From Phyllosticta citribraziliensis (Eukaryota): a stretch of 64,000 bases of DNA. Each line of letters starts with the position of its first letter. Positions within the stretch are counted from its first letter, which is position 1. Below are positions 58,636 to 64,000 of this stretch, one piece after another. The stretch covers positions 248,001-312,000 of the forward strand of contig NW_027117339.1 in the NCBI RefSeq assembly GCF_038025025.1, in the 5' to 3' direction. The notes beneath the pieces are model-generated. The model was given only the letters and a program-made list of their open reading frames with translations. It searched no databases and was not told the origin of the DNA. The translations under genes were made by a program, and so were the position numbers.

Positions 58636-60269
58636 ATGGAGACCACCTTCATTACCATCCACGGTCCGCCGTCCCCTCACCCATCCCGCTGCCCAATCGC
58701 TAACCCTCCTCCAGACCTCTCCAACGATGCCGTGGTCCTCTACGCCTCCGACTCCATTGTCGACATTCTCGGCCACACCCCCGACGAGGTCGTAGGCCAC
58801 TCCACCTGGGACTTTTTCCACGAGGAAGAAATCCCCTTTGCCCGCGACTTTCACCGCCGCGGCGTCAAGCTCGACAAGGCCGCCGTGCTCGCCTACTGCC
58901 GCATCAAGAACCGCGATGGCAACTACGTTGGTTGCGAATGCTGTTTCTCTGTCTGCTACGACGTCATGGTGTGCTGCACCAGTATTTACCGGAGAGGCAT
59001 GACCAGCCAGAGTACGCTTCACCCCGGCATCATCCCAAATTGCCACCCTAACCGTGTGCAGAGCGCGCCGTCGAGGCTCCCATCGTGCGCAAGCTTTTCT
59101 CGTCCTCGGTCAAAGACCCCCGCTACCACATGCTTTCACACTTGTCGGCCAAGTTCGACCTCGGACACGCTGATCAGACTCACGAGCCTCGCGCTGCCCT
59201 GTTCCTGAACCGCTTCACGCGGACCCTGACCATCATGTACGCCACTAGCGGCATTGAGCAGGTCATTGGCATCTCCAACGACGAGATGAAAGGCAAGAGC
59301 TTTTACTACTGCATCCAGGAAAACTGCCTGGAAGACGCCGTCAGAGTCCTCGAGACAGCCAAGGGAAACGACTCGATTGCCTACATGCGCTTCTGGTTCC
59401 GCGACCCCCGCGTGCAGGATCCCCACAGAGAGCCTAGCGAGTCCGAGGCCGGCGAGACTGAAGACGAGGAAATGACCGATGTCACCGAAGACGAGGATGA
59501 TACTAGCGAGAGATCCACGCCAACGAGGAACCTCTCGGGTGCCTCAGGAACCGACACGGACCTCCAAGGCTCTTCGACTGAAGCTCGAGGCTCTTCGTAC
59601 GGCGCGGCGCGCTCCAGCGGCGCTCAAGCCTCGTCCGACGAGAGCAACATTCCCCCGACTGACCGCCATGCCGCTTTGCTCGGCATCCCTCGCCCCCGCT
59701 CTTCTGCGTCTTCGCGTGCTACTCCTTCGTCGAGTGCCGGAAACCCCGACATTGAGCTGGAAGCCGTTGTCTCGTGCACGTCCGACGGCCTCGTCGTCTG
59801 TCTGCGCAAGGCTCGCCCTCTCATGCCCACGTCTACCCACCCTCAACAAACGCCTCACCACAACGGAATTTTCGCTGCCCCATGGGCTCCCGAGCCAGTC
59901 TTCCTGCCTCCTCTCCCAGACCCGTACGCCAATGCTGCTCGTCTAGGAATTGCGGCGCCAGTGTCGCAGCACAACTCCGTTGCTCCAGCAGTCGGTGGTC
60001 CGTCTGCCTCGGATTTCATGAATACGATCCGCGATGTGGCCGTCTTTGCGTGGGCTCTCACCGGTATCAACGGTGGACTCGCAGACTACACGCGCGGCAA
60101 GCCAATGGGCGAGTCGCAGCCACCGGACGGTTTCCCCATCTGGGTGCCCGAGGGCAAGGACGCCGCCTTCTTTGCCTCCAACGGAAGCAGCAGCAGCGGA
60201 CGTACAAGCGCTTCTGGTATCAAGGATGTCTTTGGCGACCCTGGTCTGGCCTCTAAGAGGTTCCCTTGA
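58636..60269 (+). CDS. Fungal double PAS-domain protein, 3 exons
   Basis: Exons 58636-58663, 58715-59011, 59062-60269. PAS-A METTFITIHDLSNDAVVLYASDSIVDILGHTPDEVVGHSTWDFFHEEE; PAS-B HEPRAALFLNRFTRTLTIMYATSGIEQVIG...GKSFYYCI, interrupted by an acidic insert and ending ELEAVVSCTSDGLVVCLRKAR. Confidence 0.9.
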
Positions 60270-61773
60270 TTTCTTACCGCCAAAAGCTCAACTACAGGTG
60301 CCATTCCTTCCGCCGCGGACCCAAAATCAAAAGATCAACCCACACTTCTTTGCTTGCCTTTGCTGATCTGGCGCCGAATCCATTGATCACGTTTGATTGC
60401 TTCTCTGTCGACTGGCGGGACCGAACAAAACCCTACACGAAGCCATCTGTAACGAGCTCACGACCAAAACGTCTGTTTTGTTCTTCTTTTCCATCATTTT
60501 CCCCCTTCTCCTTTAAGCGTTTCAGCGGGCGGCGAAATACCTTATATCCAAATGCTCTTTGTGGCCGAGGAACTTTTGCAAATTTTTTCCGATTATATTG
60601 CTCGCGATGGTACTTTGCTGAGGACGTGGGCGAGAGAGAAAGACAGATGAAAAGCAGGGTTGCTCCGAAAATTTAGCTGTCAAGATACCTACCCACCTTC
60701 CTTGGTCGAACGGCAGGAACTCAACAGAAAGCAGCACTGTGGTAGACAGGGTATAATAGGAGCAAGTATTGAATGTCTGGCTCTATGCCCTTACACGGCG
60801 CGCACACAAACACATGCCACACCATACCACACCCTCTTTCCACTTACGATCCCGCCCGTCTCTCATGATGAACACGGACACGGAGGCAACGGGATCGAAG
60901 GCTTCACTTTCTGTTCGAACAAGGTTGGGTACACAATAAATGGGCGGACGGGGATTGATCGGCGGCGAGGGGGGAAGGGGAAGGGGAAGCGGCCACATCA
61001 CAGTCATCAGTCATCCTGTCTGGCCGTTCGTTGCGTGGGCGCCTCCCTACCGCCCTCCCGCTCTCCCGCGTCCCGCCGCACCGCAACGCTACGCTACGCA
61101 GTGCATCCCCGGCTGGCAGGGAACGCGTCTGGTGGCGTTGTGGCACAAAGGCACGACGAAGGTTAAGGCAATTTACGGGGCGGACGGACGGACGGACGGG
61201 GCGGAGTACATATGGGCGACATCCTTGCTCCATCAGCTGCAAAGACGCTGTCTCTTGCTTCTGGACGTCGTCGTGCGAGGGTTTGTTAAGTACCTATGTA
61301 GGCGGGGTGCGGAGTGAGGATGAGGACGCGCTGGGCTGGGATGGGGAACGCTGATGGGGAGAGTGGTGTGGAGTGTGATCGCCGCAACTGCTTCCATGCT
61401 TCCATGCTGTCTGTCTGCCTCGTTTGGGCTGGCTGCAGCCAGACGTTTGCGCTGCGCTGGATACCTCCGCATGCAGGTCGTCGACATGCACAAGCGTTTT
61501 GTCCCGTCGTGTCTCTTCCACGCGACAGGAGCGGCAGGCGAAGTTTGTACTCATTTTAAGGCAGCGTACATGTGCTAAGAAGGGACTGGGGAGGGGACAG
61601 GGAGGGGACAGGGAGTGTGCACATATGACATAAGCGGCTTAATATATTAGACCACCATCACATACGACGGATATACAAATTTGCTGGGTAGGTAGGCACT
61701 TGGCTTTTTGGCATGCGCGAGGGCGCGCCGGGTGGGATTTCTTTTCTCTCACTACATTCGTCACTGGTAGCAT

Positions 61774-61797
61774 CTTTTTTTTTTTTTTTTTTTTTTT
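61774..61797 (+). repeat. Poly-T tract in the gene-poor, microsatellite-rich terminal region
   Basis: Long T run. Nearby are (CATC)n at about 61941-61965 and (CAGCACCAG)n at about 62552-62590. Confidence 0.85.
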
Positions 61798-64000
61798 CTT
61801 TTTCCAAGTGCTCAACACCATCTCCTCTCGCTTCTGCACTCTCTGACCAGACTGCTGGCAGTGAACCATGTATGTATGCCAGACACTCACTACCTTTTGC
61901 GTGCGTGCAACGAGCCACGTGTAGAACGTCTAGTCTCCGCCATCCATCCATCCATCCATCCATCCAACCAACTGTTGCATCGTCGCACCGTCGCACTGTT
62001 TCGTCTTTGCGTTTGCGCGGCTTCGTCCTCCTCGTCCTCCTCCTTCTCCTCCCAACATCTCTGCATATGTAGTTAGTCACCCTTTGCCGGTGCGGGACGC
62101 GGACACGCGTAAGAGTGGGGCCATCAGTTCGACGCGCAAAGGGGGCAAGAATTCCCCGTCCGTTGCGCGTTTGATCGTCCTTTCATCTGCACGGTGTACG
62201 TGCATGTTGGCGTCTGCTTCTTGTGTACCGACTTTGCACACGAACACGACGGCCGCCTTCATACATGAACTTTTTTCCTGTATACAGTATGTGTGCAGTG
62301 TATGTGTGTGTAGAGGAAGGAGGAAGAAGGTGTTCAAAGGCGGCGCCGCTGTATGTCAGGTGTGTATAGTACGCATTACTCCACCCCTCATGGTACTCCC
62401 CCCGCCACACTCGTACTATGCGTAGGTAGGCATCCAGCAAGCGCGCGGCACCGCGGCAAGTGGAGCCTGTCGTAGTAGTGGTCTACTCAAGCCCAAGCCC
62501 AAGCCCACGTACCTAGGCAGACAGACAAGCAGCAGAAGGAGATGAGGAAGCAGCAGCACCAGCAGCACCAGCAGCACCAGCAGCACCAGAATCAGCAACA
62601 TAAAAAGGGCCCAAGGGAGGCCGAACTACTCCTGCATGTATGTGTGCAAACTCAGCACGAGCCGAGCCGACGCCGCACACAATAGGCACTCAGTCAATCA
62701 CAAGTCAGACCACCAACCACCACTATCCCCGAGCTCACCCCAACGGCCAACGGCTAACGCCGACAAAGTCCGAGGCAGGCAGCGCAACCAGTGATGGGCG
62801 CTCGCGTCGATCTTTGCGCCGGGGCAAAACGAGACATGACAGGCCAGACCGGCTGTAGCCGTCGCGGGTACCAGCTGCCGCCGGTCACGGCCGTCGGCTT
62901 GCCGAACGACCGACCGACCGACAGAGAGACAGACCAGCAGCGTCCGCCTTGTTGTTGAGTGTTGACCCCTGAACGCCGTTTCCCATGCCGGCCGTCTTGG
63001 GCGAAGGACGTTATGCGGGCGGGGCGGGGGCGGGCGGCAGATGCAGGGGGGAAGAAGGCAAGGAAGAAGGGGAAGGAAAACGAAAAAGAGGGGTCGTTGT
63101 TTTGTTGTGGGATGCTTTGCGGCTGGGGTTGGTAGTCGGTGGTCTGCGGTTCCACAGGCTCAGGGTCGAGACACGAGGCAGGGGTAAGCGAGTTTGGTTG
63201 TCGATCCCCATGCGCTGCTGCGGGACGTGTGTCTGTGGATCGGCTGGTTGGTGGATGTGACCGAGACGAGGCGTCGTTGACGGTGGGGAAGAGGAGGATA
63301 TTTGAGGGGAGGAGGAGAGGGCGGTGGTGGTGAGCAGCAGAAGAACCTCTGGAGTTGGTGGTCGTCGTCGTCGACAGGGGGTTGCGAAGCAGACACACGG
63401 CCAAGCCAGACCAGTCCCTTTGATCTCTCTCGAGGGGACCGTTACGGAGGGCATGATTGGCGTCTGCACAACGATGCTTGTGCTATAGCAAAAACGTCAA
63501 GGCGACCGCAAAGTATGTCGTAGTCTGTGACCCCCCTGCTCTGTTTTTTGCCCTGCATTTGTCACACGCTCGCGCGTCGTCGGGAGACCTGCAACGGGCG
63601 GGTCCCAATTCGCTTACTGGGCCATTCGTGGTCGGCCGGCCGGTAAGGCCAGTTCCGTATGCAGCTCCCGCATCCGAATGGTCATGTCAGGCGTGGAGGT
63701 GGAAAAGGGGAAAAAGTGACAGGTAACATGGAGATGGAAAACGGCCGTCGACAAGGGACGGACGGAAGTTATTGCGTCTCGTGCTTGATCAGCAATTGAG
63801 TTGCAGCAGCACGTTCAATCACTGGTGCTGCCACCAACTCCGCGGACGTTGATTGAGCGTTGAAGACTCGTGTATGCTGCAGAGGACCTGGGGGTCGCTC
63901 GTGTCTCGCGAGACGTATGTAGTTAAGACCGTTGAGGACAGCTGGGGTTGGTGTCTGCTGCTGCTGCTCACCGCCACAACCGCATTTCAAAACGCCCGTC

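Noticed and set aside
60300..64000. Many short ORFs in the terminal 3.7 kb
   Set aside because: Microsatellite-rich intergenic/UTR sequence with no codon bias or domain.
1..64000. tRNA, rRNA, CRISPR arrays, transposases/LTR elements
   Set aside because: GTTCGA-like hits lack cloverleaf context; no spacer-repeat arrays, TIRs/LTRs or RT/transposase motifs seen by eye.

Overview
This is eukaryotic DNA from a filamentous ascomycete (Pezizomycotina-type): GC-rich coding regions, short GT-AG introns with CTRAC branch points, and microsatellite-rich intergenic DNA. I can support about 18 protein-coding loci, most reconstructed by hand-splicing. In order: FKBP12 (84-791), a secreted Bys1/thaumatin-like protein with a His-rich tail (7092-7949), an accessory block of two tandem HET-domain paralogs (one intact, one with two in-frame stops) plus a DUF3176-like membrane protein (12.3-18.4 kb), phosphoserine phosphatase and an SDR head-to-head, a Gln-rich orphan, NCE102, a PSP1-domain protein, a 4-exon orphan, a large DnaJ protein, a PLOD-like glycosyltransferase-fold type II membrane protein, RPL15, CHIP/STUB1, a long protein with a Cdc26/Hcn1-like N-terminus, PDK1/Pkh kinase and a two-PAS protein. 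By eye I found no tRNA, rRNA, CRISPR array or intact transposon. Best leads: (1) a predicted Kex2/Ste13-released His-rich peptide at the end of the Bys1-like protein, (2) the HET pair with a recently inactivated copy, (3) the Cdc26-like N-terminus on a ~650-aa protein, (4) a 249-nt stop-free in-frame intron in the DnaJ gene. All family assignments come from motif recognition; no database search was run.
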